From: Catajapyx aquilonaris
Taxonomy: Eukaryota
Assembly: GCA_000934665.2 (NCBI GenBank)
Contig: KZ538553.1
Location: 1 to 62,481 of the forward strand
Length of the DNA: 62,481 nt
Direction: 5' to 3'
Shown here: positions 26,202 to 37,585 of the stretch, in pieces
Numbering within the stretch: position 1 is the first letter of the stretch
How the letters are laid out: each line of letters opens with the position of its first letter
Made by a program: the position numbers and the translations under genes
The notes under the pieces: generated by a model
What the model was told of the DNA's origin: nothing
Databases searched by the model: none
The model's input: only the letters and a program-made list of their open reading frames with translations

Positions 26202-27090
26202 TGTGCCTACAGGATATTATAGGAATAACATCATATATAGCCTTTAATTTTTGTTTACACCAGCAATATCTTCAGAGTGATGATGCAGGAGAAATGTGAT
26301 ATTTTTACTCAGTGGAAGTTGTCTTTTTTCCGTTGGTGTTAAAATGGCTTCAGATTAGACGTCGACTGTTCGTAATGGCGGTGTTGACTAACCATATCGT
26401 GTGGCAAAAAACCAGCCGGAGGAAAAAGTCTGTCGTCGATAGATTTCCCCTCGGGTTTGACAAGACCGTCAGGAATGAGGCGGGATCAGAACCCTAATTC
26501 TGGGTCAAGGAGTTTGGAGATCACACCTGAGGCCCGTTGGCGATTGCCACAGGATTTGCTCTGTCAAATGGATTTTTTGTGTGTGTGTGTCTGTGTTCCC
26601 TGGTGGGTGTCTGGGAGAGGATTCATTCAATTTATGAGGAGTCGTGGCCACTGTTATCTTCTGCCTTCCCACTTCTGCTCCCAGAGGGTCCCGGTTTCAA
26701 TTTCAAAACAAGGTTAGGGGACCCAGGAAGAGAATTTTTCGTGCCAATATATCGTCCATGGCCTGTATTTTGACTCGAAAATACTGTCTGCCAGCGTCTC
26801 AAGAGGGTATGGTAGGGGCTTAATCTAAAATTAGGATATTGCCCAACGACAAAGGACTTTAGGAGTTTAAGTCATGCCCACTAGAGAGAGTTCCTGGCTT
26901 AGTTGTGGTGCCAGTAATACTCCCCCAGGTACTGTACATATGTTATCCAAAGTAAAGCCTTCTAAGGGCCTCAGAGTTAATTAGAATGCCCCTTACTGCA
27001 TGTCTTGTACTGTACACACTTCAAGAGGTGTATGCTTGGGAGCTCATTGTGTTAATGTAATGTACACACCACATTGTCATGTACTGAATG

Positions 27091-27235
27091 CACTATGGAG
27101 GGGGTAAGCTGAAGCTACCACAAGAACCACATTGAAAAGTGGGAAGTGGAAAATTTGAGAGAGACTCCGGTGCAGGAAAATGCAAAGGAAAGGTTCAAAC
27201 CCAGAGGCAGTGCGGCTAGAGCACTATCCATAGTG
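27091..27235. mobile_element. Possible small MITE with CACTATGGA...TCCATAGTG ends
   Basis: 9-bp perfect terminal inverted repeat with CACTA/Transib-like ends, but no clean target-site duplication (TSD). Confidence 0.3.
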
Positions 27236-27291
27236 TACAGTACTGTAGAAGTGAGTCACGTCAATAATTTTTTTCTGTTTCATCTTTCCAG

Positions 27292-27418
27292 GCTGAAATA
27301 TGGAGTGTCTTCATAGCCATCCTGCGTAAGAGTGTGAGGAACCTTCAAGCCTGCACCGAAGTGGGGCTCATAGAGCATGTGCTGCACAGACTACCACAAG
27401 CCCAGCCTGTAATTGCAG
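27292..27418 (+). CDS. NBEA: Neurobeachin exon (AEIWSVF...PVIA)
   Basis: ttccag|GCT...GCAG|gtaat; 127 nt. Confidence 0.93.
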
Positions 27419-27938
27419 GTAATTTTGTCCATTTTTTGTTTTCTGTTTCTCGCTTGGGTCTCCCTCATTATTGCCTTTCCTTTTCCCAAATTTGCATAGC
27501 CGACACTGTGAACTCTGCATAATTTCCAATCCTGCAGGAATTGCTTTTAATTTCAACAAATGTCGCCTGCTGGAAACTTCCTTCCCGTCAGAAATTCCGC
27601 CTTTGGTTGCTTGGAATAGTTTCGCCATAAGCAATTATAACTTTAGAAGCGCAGGAGCCCAAGTTAAAGGCAACAGGTTCCCCTTCCCCACTCCCCCATG
27701 CCCTTTGAATGTACTAGAAAATATTGTAGAGCAAGAGTTACATTGTGAAGTAACAATAGCTTTAAACCCTTCCCTTTCATTGAAACAAGTCACCTGCTTC
27801 GGGAATAGAAATAGGGATATTAAATTAACTGTTTTTAGCAAGGCCTCTTCTCCTGGCTGAGACTGATGAAGCAATTTCCCTTTCCTCTCCCACCTCCAAC
27901 CTCCCCCCCCCCTCCCCTACCTCCTCTTGTATTTTCAG

Positions 27939-28039
27939 ACTTATTGATTGAAATGTTGGGAGTCCTGGCAAGCTACAGCATCACAGTCAAAGAGCTGAAG
28001 CTGTTATTTGGAGCGATGAAAGCATCCAATGGAAAATGG
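27939..28039 (+). CDS. NBEA: Neurobeachin exon ([21 protein letters not shown]...GKW)
   Basis: ttcag|AC...TGG|gtagg; 101 nt. Confidence 0.93.
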
Positions 28040-29311
28040 GTAGGTATTTTAGGTTTAATGTGTTCTGCACACTCACTCTTTTGTATATGTACAGTACATC
28101 CAAATTAATCAGGAGGGGGAATGTGAAGAACGACTGTATGCATATAGAGCGTGTGGGATTTTTTGTCTGCTGTTGTGGTGTGCATCATTGGGTGTATCTA
28201 AACTCAGTCGTGTGGAATATTCAGTTCAAACAGGTAGAAAGCCTGGAAAATTTCTGAGGCAAGTGAGCGTGCCATTGTCCCACAGTGTACTCCATTGAGG
28301 GTAATTTTCATGCAGTACAGAGTCTGAATGCGGTGAACAGGGATGTTATTATTCTCCGTTGTGAAAGCAAAATTGCCAATGGGCATGACTTGATCCCACT
28401 ATACCACTTACCTGTGCGTAATGGAACTGTTCCGGTCCTCATTTTCTTTTCATTACATTATGCAATGTAAGCATTGCTGATGAGGCCAGAGTTCATAGTT
28501 TGAAGTACATTTGCATCAGACCTTTCTCTTCCGTGAGAATATGCCAATTACAAATGGAGTAGTGTACGTCATGTTCCACTTGAAATGCAATTCATTTTTG
28601 TCACTTGCTGCCAACCCAGAGCATCAGCATTAGCACGTAATAAAGCAGTTGCGAGCGGGGGCGGGGAGGGGGGGATGTTTAAAATTGTATACTGCTGTGG
28701 CACCCAGCCTGTTGCTTCCAGGCGGAAGTGAAATTGCGAGACTGAACATAACATGGAAATGAAAGTGTACCACTCACACCTGTTAACAAGCCATGCTTGC
28801 ATTTTGAAGCAGATCAAATTACAGAATACAGGCAGAATTTCGTGGAAATTAACTTCTGTACAGGATGGTCAATAACTACAGAATTTTACAATATGTGTTT
28901 TTTTTTCCAAGAACGGTTTACTCAACATTGTCTTTTGACTGTGTAATAATGCTGCAGCAATTATTTCATTGCTTGTGCAGAGTATATCACTCACCATAAG
29001 GTTTAGTTCTTCACCACATATGTTTGGTACTCTGTTGCTACAGGCAGAAACTAATTGGCATAGGTCTTTTGACCTTTATTTGTTCCTAAGTGCCTACGTC
29101 ACGCCATTGTCATTTCTCCATGGATATTATTATGTAGATTCACACTCTGATACCATTCTGCATGAATCTTCCTGAATTCTCCATGAATCAGGCAGCATTC
29201 TGGAACATGCACACTGAATTGTATCAAAGTATCACGACCCATAGTTGACTAGCAGTAATTCAATTCAACTCATAGAGCACCTCCTAATTGGTATTATCCA
29301 TTTTGAATCAG

Positions 29312-29529
29312 CCTAGGCATTCAGCCAAGCTCCTGAACGTGCTGTGGCAAATGCCCCACCGGTCCGGCCCGGATGTTTTCTTCAGCTTCCCAGGCCGGAA
29401 GGGCGCGGCCGTCTTGCTCCCTCCACTAGCCCGCTGGCCATATGAGAATGGGTTCACCTTCACCACCTGGTTCAGACTGGACCCGATCAACTCGGTCAAC
29501 ATTGAGCGGGAGAAGCCATACCTCTACTG
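29312..29529 (+). CDS. NBEA: Neurobeachin exon (PRHSAKLL...KPYLY), start of ConA/LamG-like domain
   Basis: atcag|CCT...TG|gtaag; 218 nt. Confidence 0.93.
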
Positions 29530-29590
29530 GTAAGTACTCACAGGGTTGGCTCACTTGCCAGTTATTACATATTCCTGCCTTTCGCTTCAG

Positions 29591-29717
29591 TTTCAAGACC
29601 AGCAAAGGTGTGGGCTACTCTGCGCACTTTGTGGGGAATTGCCTAGTCTTAACTTCCATGAAGGTCAAGGGGAAAGGGTTCCAGCACTGTGTCAAGTATG
29701 AGTTCCAGCCTAGGAAG
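29591..29717 (+). CDS. NBEA: Neurobeachin exon ([13 protein letters not shown]...QPRK)
   Basis: ttcag|T...AAG|gtaat; 127 nt. Confidence 0.93.
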
Positions 29718-29854
29718 GTAATATTGCATTTTAAATTCCAAATCCAATTGCTTTGTCACAGGTTCATAACGATATGAACGATATGAACAACTGTTGAAAT
29801 GCTGTGAGACTTCAGTGAGAGTTTTTAAAGCAGGTGTGCTTTTTCCCTCTTTAG

Positions 29855-30121
29855 TGGTACATGGTGGCAGTGGTGTACATCTACAACAGGTGGACGAAGA
29901 GTGAGATAAAGTGCTTTGTGAACGGACAGCTTGCATCCAGCACTGAAATGGCCTGGCTCGTGTCCACTAATGATCCATTTGACAAGTGCTACATTGGGGC
30001 TACCCCAGACCTTGATGAGGAGAGAGTCTTTTGTGGCCAACTCTCTGCCATCTACCAGTTCAGTGAGGCCCTCACTACCCATCAAATATGTGCAATGCAT
30101 CGGTTAGGGCCTGGCTACAAG
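29855..30121 (+). CDS. NBEA: Neurobeachin exon ([13 protein letters not shown]...LGPGYK)
   Basis: tttag|TGG...AAG|gtgag; 267 nt. Confidence 0.93.
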
Positions 30122-30240
30122 GTGAGCTGGTTTCAATTGTATAGAAGTCAGTGTTTGTCTATATATTTTGCTTGTATGTTTTCTAATTGTAAAAGCTTTT
30201 TGAAGTTCTTGTTAACACAGAGATTGTGTGGAATTTTCAG

Positions 30241-30438
30241 AGTCAGTTTCGGTTTGAGAATGAGAGCCATCTGCAGTTGACGGACAACTACAGGCGGGTT
30301 CTGTACGACGGGAAGCTGTCCAGTGCCATAGTGTTCATGTACAATCCTGTCGCTACCGACAGTCAGTTGTGCCTACAGTCTGCACCGAAGGGAAACGTTT
30401 CCTTCTTCGTCCACACACCACACGCCCTCATGTTAGGG
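30241..30438 (+). CDS. NBEA: Neurobeachin exon (SQFRFENE...HALMLG)
   Basis: ttcag|AGT...GGG|gtgag; 198 nt. Confidence 0.92.
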
Positions 30439-30510
30439 GTGAGTGTGACTCTTTCCTCATTTCCCGTGTCGTCATTCGTTGGTTCTTAATGTGCTCCTCT
30501 CACCTTGCAG

Positions 30511-30659
30511 GATGTGAAGGCAGTGGTGACCCATTCCATCCATAGCACCCTGAACTCAGTGGGAGGGATCCAGGTGTTGTTTCCTTTGTTCTCCCAACTG
30601 GATCTCCCCTATGAGGGCCTCTTGGGTGCAGCCGATGCCAAGAAGAATCCAGCCCTATG
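30511..30659 (+). CDS. NBEA: Neurobeachin exon ([27 protein letters not shown]...)
   Basis: tgcag|GAT...TG|gtcag; 149 nt. Confidence 0.92.
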
Positions 30660-31405
30660 GTCAGTCCTGTTTTTTTAATGGATGGGTAGTTTGCATGCAA
30701 GTTCAGAAGTCCCTTTGAGACACATATAACCAGTTCACCTGGGACTCATTTTTTCAGACATTTATTTTGGTGGCTGTAATTGCTTCATCACAGATCGTAA
30801 CTTGAGAGACAGAATGTACATTTCTCAGTGCCTAACTCAATTTAGGCTAAAATGTGATGCTGATCATTTCTGCATTTTACATGGAATTGACCAGAAATAA
30901 TTATTGTGCAGACAGGTAGTGAGCACTGCCAATTGAGTTCTTCACCATTCAACATTTTTACAATTGCAAATTACTTATTGTGCTTCAAATTATGTTGGGT
31001 GGCTAGTTACTATAATACAGTGCACAGATACAGAGAGTACGTATATCCACAGAGATCATAAAGTTTCCTACAGTGCAGTGAAAGCAGTATTTGGTGCTTT
31101 TGGGCCAGACGCAGCTACTGAAACATTCGGATATTACGAGTGGTAATCCTAGACGGAAAAGACATATTGATCTAAAATGCAATTAGCTGCGCACAGTTTT
31201 ACAACCAGCACATTCCCCTTTAGGAACTTTACAGTGAACTAACATGGGGAAAGAAAATACTGAATGCTGTTTTTTTAAAAAACTGTTACTGCTACAAAGT
31301 TAGCATGAAGCTATAAAAAGTTATTATTTTAATTGGAGTTTATTCACACTTCAACATTCAGGGTTTACAATGTTGCTCATATCTTTTGTCTTTTTCTTAT
31401 CTCAG

Positions 31406-31842
31406 TTCCAAACTTTTGGGCTTCATCTGCGAGCTGGTGGAGAGCTCCCACACAGTCCAACAGCATATGATCCAGAACCGCGGCTTCCTGGTAGTGAGCC
31501 ATATGCTGCAGCGAGCTTCGAGGGAGCACCTCTCACTGGATGTCCTGAATGCATTCCTGGGGCTCACCAAGTACCTGGTCACGTGCCCCAACAGTAACAG
31601 CGAGCTCCTGCTCAAGCAGCTGCTGGACCACATCCTCTTTAACCCCGCCCTCTGGATTTACACCCCAGTCCCCGTGCAGATGAAGCTGTACTCTTACCTG
31701 GCCACTGAATTTCTCTCAGACACGCAGATCTACTCAAATGTCAGGAGAGTCAGCACCGTCCTCCAGACCATGCACACTCTCAAGTACTACTATTGGGTGC
31801 TCAATCCGAGGGACAAGAGTGGGATCATCCCAAAAGGAATTG
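31406..31842 (+). CDS. NBEA: Neurobeachin exon ([12 protein letters not shown]...PKGI), DUF4704/ARM region
   Basis: ctcag|T...G|gtcag; 437 nt. Confidence 0.93.
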
Positions 31843-31952
31843 GTCAGTTTTTCAGAGGCTGTGGTCATGAGGGTCACTCTGAAAGATCATACCACTATGT
31901 GCATGAAAATGCAATTGGTTCTTGCCACACATCTTACACGTGTATTTTTCAG

Positions 31953-32095
31953 ATGGCCCCCGTCCACCACAGAAGGATATAATTTCAATCCGAGCCTACA
32001 TCCTCCTGTTTCTAAAGCAACTCATCATGATTGGCAATGGGGTCAAAGAGGATGAATTACAAAGCATCCTCAATTACCTTACCACGATGCATGAG
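31953..32095 (+). CDS. NBEA: Neurobeachin exon (DGPRPPQKD...TTMHE)
   Basis: ttcag|AT...GAG|gtgaa; 143 nt. Confidence 0.93.
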
Positions 32096-32190
32096 GTGAA
32101 TAATTGCATAATGTTAAATTAAGTGTTACACTAGACCTGAAGAAAATATAAAATCAATGTGGAACTAAAAAGAATAAATTGGTTTGGCAG

Positions 32191-32381
32191 GATGAGAACC
32201 TTCATGATGTGCTCCAAATGCTGATCTCCCTCATGTCTGAGCACCCATCCTCAATGGTCCCCGCCTTTGATGCCAAGTTCGGCATCAGGACCATCTTCAA
32301 ATTGCTGGCCTCCGAGAGCCAGCTGATCCGACTGCAGGCACTCAAACTCCTTGGGTTTTTCCTGAGTAGGAGTACACACAA
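32191..32381 (+). CDS. NBEA: Neurobeachin exon ([11 protein letters not shown]...RSTHK)
   Basis: ggcag|GAT...AA|gtaag; 191 nt. Confidence 0.93.
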
Positions 32382-32448
32382 GTAAGGATGCATCACAGTG
32401 CTGAGTCGTAATTGATGGGTTTGGTCTTGACTTACGTCTTTGTTGCAG

Positions 32449-32557
32449 AAGGAAGTACGATGTGATGAGTCCGCACAACCTCTACACCCTTCTCTCAGAG
32501 AGACTGCTGCTCAATGAGGAAACCCTTACGTTGCCAACATACAATGTCCTTTATGAG
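32449..32557 (+). CDS. NBEA: Neurobeachin exon ([12 protein letters not shown]...NVLYE)
   Basis: tgcag|A...GAG|gttgg; 109 nt. Confidence 0.92.
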
Positions 32558-32969
32558 GTTGGTCTCCTTTTCTTTTGTGTTTGTTTGTTGCGTAGATCAT
32601 CTTGAACAGTGATAAACATCTCCTTACTTAGAAGAATATCGTGGTTTGAAAAATATCTTGCGTCCATAAATACGTCCAGAATTTTCATTATTGGTATAAT
32701 TTCGCTGATTATTATTTAGCTGCAAATATTAACATCTGGTAATGGCAATGTGTATCTTTTATAATGAAAATTTCTTAAACCTTATTGAAGGAAACTTTAC
32801 TCCGGTTTTCTCATCTAAGACTTTCGTTTTGATTCTGCATGTAATAAATTCTTACATGCCAATAAATTGAGCAATACAGTGGCTGTCCCAAAATATGGGC
32901 TTCTTACTTACACTCGTACTTGTACTTTAAAATGACGGGAGTGTTCTAAGAATTGTCTTTTTTCCTCAG

Positions 32970-35082
32970 ATCCTGACAGAACAGATAAGCCAGCAGATAC
33001 TCTACACCAAGCATCCTGAACCGGAGTCTCACTTTCGCCTGGAGAACCCAATGATTCTTAAGGTCGTGGCCACCTTAATTCGACAATCAAAGCAAACTGA
33101 CCCATTGGTGGATGTTAAGAAACTCTTCCTGTCTGACATGACCCTCTTGTGCAACAACAATCGTGAGAACCGTCGCACTGTGCTGCAGATGTCAGTGTGG
33201 CAGGAGTGGCTCATTGCTATGGCCTACATACATCCAAAGAGCGCAGAGGAACAAAAGACATCTGACATGGTTTATTCCCTTTTCCGAATGCTGCTGCATC
33301 ATGCTGTCAAACATGAGTATGGAGGCTGGCGAGTCTGGGTTGACACATTAGCCATTGTGCATTCAAAAGTCTCTTACGAGGAGTTTAAGCTTCAATTTGC
33401 CCAGATGTATGAGCACTATGAACGACGGAGGTCAGACAACATCACTGATCCAGCAGAGCGGCAACAGCGGCCAATCAGTACCATTTCAGGGTGGGACCAG
33501 CAACCAGTTACCAATGGATTTGTTCGCCGAGGTGTTAATGGAATGCCCGAGATAGAATCAGGTGAGGAGGAAGAAGAGGAAAAGAAGAGGAGGGCAATAG
33601 AAGCAGTGATGGCCAGTGGCGATGCAACAGTTAATGGCATGCATGACCATGAGGAGAAAGAGAATGAGCCAGTGGTTGTGGAGCCTGTTATTGAGCATGT
33701 GACTGAACAAGTGGCAGAAATCCAACACATCCCAAGTGTGGAGCAGGCAGCTGACCCACCACATGTAGCGGAAGTGGAACAAGTGACTGAAACTGAAATT
33801 GTAACAGGACCTGAACACAACATTGAAACAGAGTGCCCAGCAGAAGTAGAACCTGTAGAAGAAGTAAGCCCAAGAGTAGAACATGAAGTCGCAGAAGAAC
33901 ACACAGAGAAGGAACAAGTTGCAGAAATGGAGCAGGAAACAGTAACAGGGCCCGTGGAGGAAACGGAGCCTTCGGTGGAAACTGAATGTGCAACTGAGCC
34001 AGAGCCGGTGATTGAAGAGAATATGGCAGAAGTCAATAATGAATCTAATGAAAAATCCATTAGCACTGAAGAGGAGTGCGTTTCTACTGAAGTCAAAGAT
34101 GGGGAACCTGAAGTGAAAACAGAAGCAATGGAGGTGGTTGAAAGCATAACAGAGGAGGTAACAGAAGTGGAAAGTGAGATCCCTGAAAAGCAAGATGTGG
34201 TTGTGCCAGAAGATGTGGTGACAGCGGAATCAGTTAATGCTGATGTGGAGGTTGTTGAGGAGGAGGAAGATGAAGAGGGTGAAGAGGTAGAAGTGAAAGA
34301 AGACCTGGAGGAACTAGGTGTAGAAGAGGATGAGGAACCCTTGGGAGAGGTTGGGGACGTGGTGGAGACAGAAAGCAATGACAGTTTTCAATCCAGCAGC
34401 AATGATGCCATTCTGGATAACACCACTGATATGGCTAATGGTGACAATGGTAACACTGCTGACAAAGAACCTGACAACACCACTGAATCTAGTAATGTGG
34501 ATGAGCCAGGAAACAGTGATGTTGCCAATAACAGTAGTGCAGCAATGGAGGATCCTGAGAACGTCGTTCAGGATGACACTGTTGCAGTGGCACCTGTTGA
34601 AAATGAGAAGTCAGCAGATGTCAAAGAAACCGTTCACAATGAAGTGGAACAGGAAACGACTCAAGAATTGGAACCAGAGCTTCACAATGAGAGTCCAGCT
34701 GTACAAACTCCACAGAGGTCACCAGAAAAGTCACCAGAAAAGTCACCACAAAAATCACCAGTTTCATCTCCAGTGAAGGTTCCAGAAAACGTTTCAGAGG
34801 AGCGCCTTCTCCTGGCGAGTGACAGGCCAGATTTATCTCCCGAAGTTAAGGTTCCAGAAACCAATGGGAATGAACTGAACCTTCAAACGAGAGAGCCTTT
34901 GACACCTCCCAATCTCAATTGTTGCAATGAGATTAGTTCAAATACCTGTGATGCCAATTGCCATGATGGTGAAATAGAAATTGTTGAGGAAGTAAGCGAG
35001 CATGACGCTGCTCCAACTCGGAAAATGCCTGGATATTTCCGAAGTATGTCAGCACCACTTGAGAATGGACAGTCATGCACAG
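32970..35082 (+). CDS. NBEA: Neurobeachin giant exon: conserved ARM-region end plus ~500 aa Glu-rich low-complexity segment
   Basis: ctcag|ATC...ACAG|gtgag; 2113 nt; corresponds to ORF 33051..35093. Confidence 0.9.
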
Positions 35083-35301
35083 GTGAGGATTAATTTAATA
35101 TTGAGAGTATTGCTATGTATCGGCAAGCACGAGATGACACAGAATTAAAAGCAAGGCTACGATTTTGTATGCTTCTGTAATTTTTGTCACAAAGAAAAAT
35201 TATATGAACTAAGTTCTATACATATAAAAGAATGAGCCATTTAACTGTGTACTGTTTTAGAACTTGCGTCTCTAAATGACAATTTTTCTTCTCATTTTCA
35301 G

Positions 35302-35497
35302 ATCCCAATAAGGCAAATATTGCCTCTACGGCCAATCCCAACAATCCAAACAATGCCAAGTCCTCCCGCCACATGTTTAGTCCAGGCCCCACCCATCCCC
35401 CCTTCCGGATCCCTGAATTCAAATGGTCCTATATCCACCAACGCCTGTTGTCCGATGTGCTCTTCTCTTTGGAAACTGATATCCAAGTGTGGAGAAG
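35302..35497 (+). CDS. NBEA: Neurobeachin exon (...[19 protein letters not shown]...QVWR)
   Basis: ttcag|AT...AG|gtacc; 196 nt. Confidence 0.9.
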
Positions 35498-35961
35498 GTA
35501 CCTGTACATAGATGAACATGTTATTAGGTGGGCCCCACAGTTGGCAAGACAAGCCAGTTTATATTTACATTTTTTCTTTGTTATTATTATTTTTCTTACC
35601 ATCTACTGTTACATTGCCTGCACTCACTGAGGGAAGAACTCATAATTACATGCACTCAGGTTTCGCACAATTTTGGGTTACCAACATTTTAATTTTCCAT
35701 GAGGCACAGGGTTCCACAGTCACAGTGCAAATCGCAGGCAAAAAATAAAATTGGCAAACACCGTGCAGACTATTAGTTCATCCCTCCTGTAAAATGTAAA
35801 TAACCGCATGGGAATCAATGATATCGTAGAGTAGTTTTTTAACCTTACTAACACAAAGCATGCCAACATCCATTCCCCCCATATGTGTGTAGCAAAATGA
35901 ATTTAATGCACCGACTGCACGGATGAATTTGTAATTAGACTTTTGCCTTCATCCAAAACAG

Positions 35962-36115
35962 CCACTCAACAAAGTCAGTGCTGGACTTTGTGAACAGCAG
36001 TGAAAATGCTATTTTTGTGGTCAATGCTGTCCACCTGATCTCCCAGTTGGCAGATAATCTTATTATTGCCTGTGGAGGCCTGCTACCGTTGCTGGCATCT
36101 GCCACCTCACCTAAT
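35962..36115 (+). CDS. NBEA: Neurobeachin exon ([11 protein letters not shown]...SATSPN)
   Basis: aacag|C...AAT|gtgag; 154 nt. Confidence 0.92.
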
Positions 36116-36228
36116 GTGAGTATTGAAAGTTAATATTCATCTGCTAACATTTACGTTGTGCAATGTAGTGATATTGTACAACTGATTTGGTAAGTGACGT
36201 CAATGTTTAATGAGTTCTATTGTTTCAG

Positions 36229-36408
36229 AATGAGTTGGATGTGATAGAACCTACCCAAGGGATGTCTATTGAAGTGGCAGTGTCATTTCTTCAGCGGCTG
36301 GTCAACATGGCTGATGTTCTCATATTCGCAAGTTCACTGAATTTTGGTGAGCTGGAGTCAGAGAAGAACATGTCTAGTGGTGGAATCCTGAGGCAGTGCC
36401 TTCGATTG
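36229..36408 (+). CDS. NBEA: Neurobeachin exon ([11 protein letters not shown]...RQCLRL)
   Basis: ttcag|AAT...TTG|gtgag; 180 nt. Confidence 0.93.
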
Positions 36409-36578
36409 GTGAGTCATCATGTGTATACAATGGTGGTTCATAGCCAAATGTAATAAACAAAAAATTATATGTGACGTCCAATTGTCACATCTAAAAATTT
36501 GATATCTAAAAGAAGACATGACTGCTGAAATTATGGGTGTACAGTATCAGAAGTGGAATGCATTTTAATTTCTTCTAG

Positions 36579-36728
36579 GTGTGCACTTGTGCTGTTCGGA
36601 ACTGCCTGGAGTGCAAGGAAAGGAGTCGGCCACAAACTCCTGTGACATCTATGGGTGTTGGCAGTTCCCAGGTGTCAAAGTCAGCTCATTTGCAATCGCT
36701 CATACGTGGGGTGCAGGCATCTCCGAAA
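36579..36728 (+). CDS. NBEA: Neurobeachin exon ([12 protein letters not shown]...QASPK)
   Basis: tctag|GTG...AAA|gtgag; 150 nt. Confidence 0.92.
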
Positions 36729-37193
36729 GTGAGTGAACATTATGTGAAATAATATGTAACAAGACAATTATAATCATCACACTTGCTGACAAGCCTGGCA
36801 CAAAATAGGATGGATATTCATGAAACATATTGGTTGCCGTTTCGGTCCATTACTAATTGAAGTTGATAATACTTGTAGTATTTGATTTAAGAAAAAAAGT
36901 TATATTGTCAGAAGCATCTTAACATTATTTTCTAGAGAAGGATTTATTATCACCTGTTGTAATAGGATCACTTGACAATTAATAATACCTTGTAGTATTG
37001 AATCTTGTCATAGCTTCTTGTAGACAATTTCTTATTGAGTGGAAAAACGGGTTACCATATGGCACGAACATTAATTTTTATCATTTGCAATTGAAAGTAG
37101 GGGTCATAGATGCTCTAACTATGTAGAAGCCTCATTGCTGTGTAGTTAGTTGTTGTTAAGCGTGAACCTTACTTGGAATGATCCTATCCCCAG

Positions 37194-37301
37194 AACATTG
37201 TGGAAAACCTTGCAAGCCAAACAAGTCCGGTGAAAGACCCGGAGAAGTTACTGCAAGACATGGATGTCAACAGACTCAGGGCTGTAATCTACAGAGATGT
37301 T
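37194..37301 (+). CDS. NBEA: Neurobeachin exon (NIVENL...[18 protein letters not shown])
   Basis: cccag|AAC...GTT|gtgag; 108 nt. Confidence 0.92.
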
Positions 37302-37419
37302 GTGAGTAATGCTTCAGTATTATTTTACTTTTTTCTTAATAATTTTTAACGGTACACTATTGAGGCACTTTTTTTTTGTGAATATCAGAGTGAATAGTTT
37401 TGTTCACCATTCCTTTCAG

Positions 37420-37585
37420 GAGGAGACAAAGCAAGCACAGTTCCTTTCATTGGCCATAGTTTACTTCATCTCTGTGCTGATGGTATCAAAGTACAGGGAC
37501 ATCCTGGAGCCTCCTCCCACTCCCCCGACCCCCAGTCCTGCCATCGCACATAGGGAGGGGAGTCCGCATGCACCACATTCACAGG
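37420..37585 (+). CDS. NBEA: Neurobeachin exon ([31 protein letters not shown]...)
   Basis: ttcag|GAG...CAGG|gtgag; 166 nt. Confidence 0.92.

Noticed and set aside
2982..27200. Many 60-175 aa ORFs in the upstream region
   Set aside because: No recognisable domains, many run through homopolymers or microsatellites, and there is no consistent splice chain; treated as intronic noise.
33416..34378. 320-aa Ser/Thr-rich minus-strand ORF and overlapping 211-aa and 101-aa ORFs
   Set aside because: Antisense shadows of the Glu/Val-rich neurobeachin exon, with no independent coding signal.
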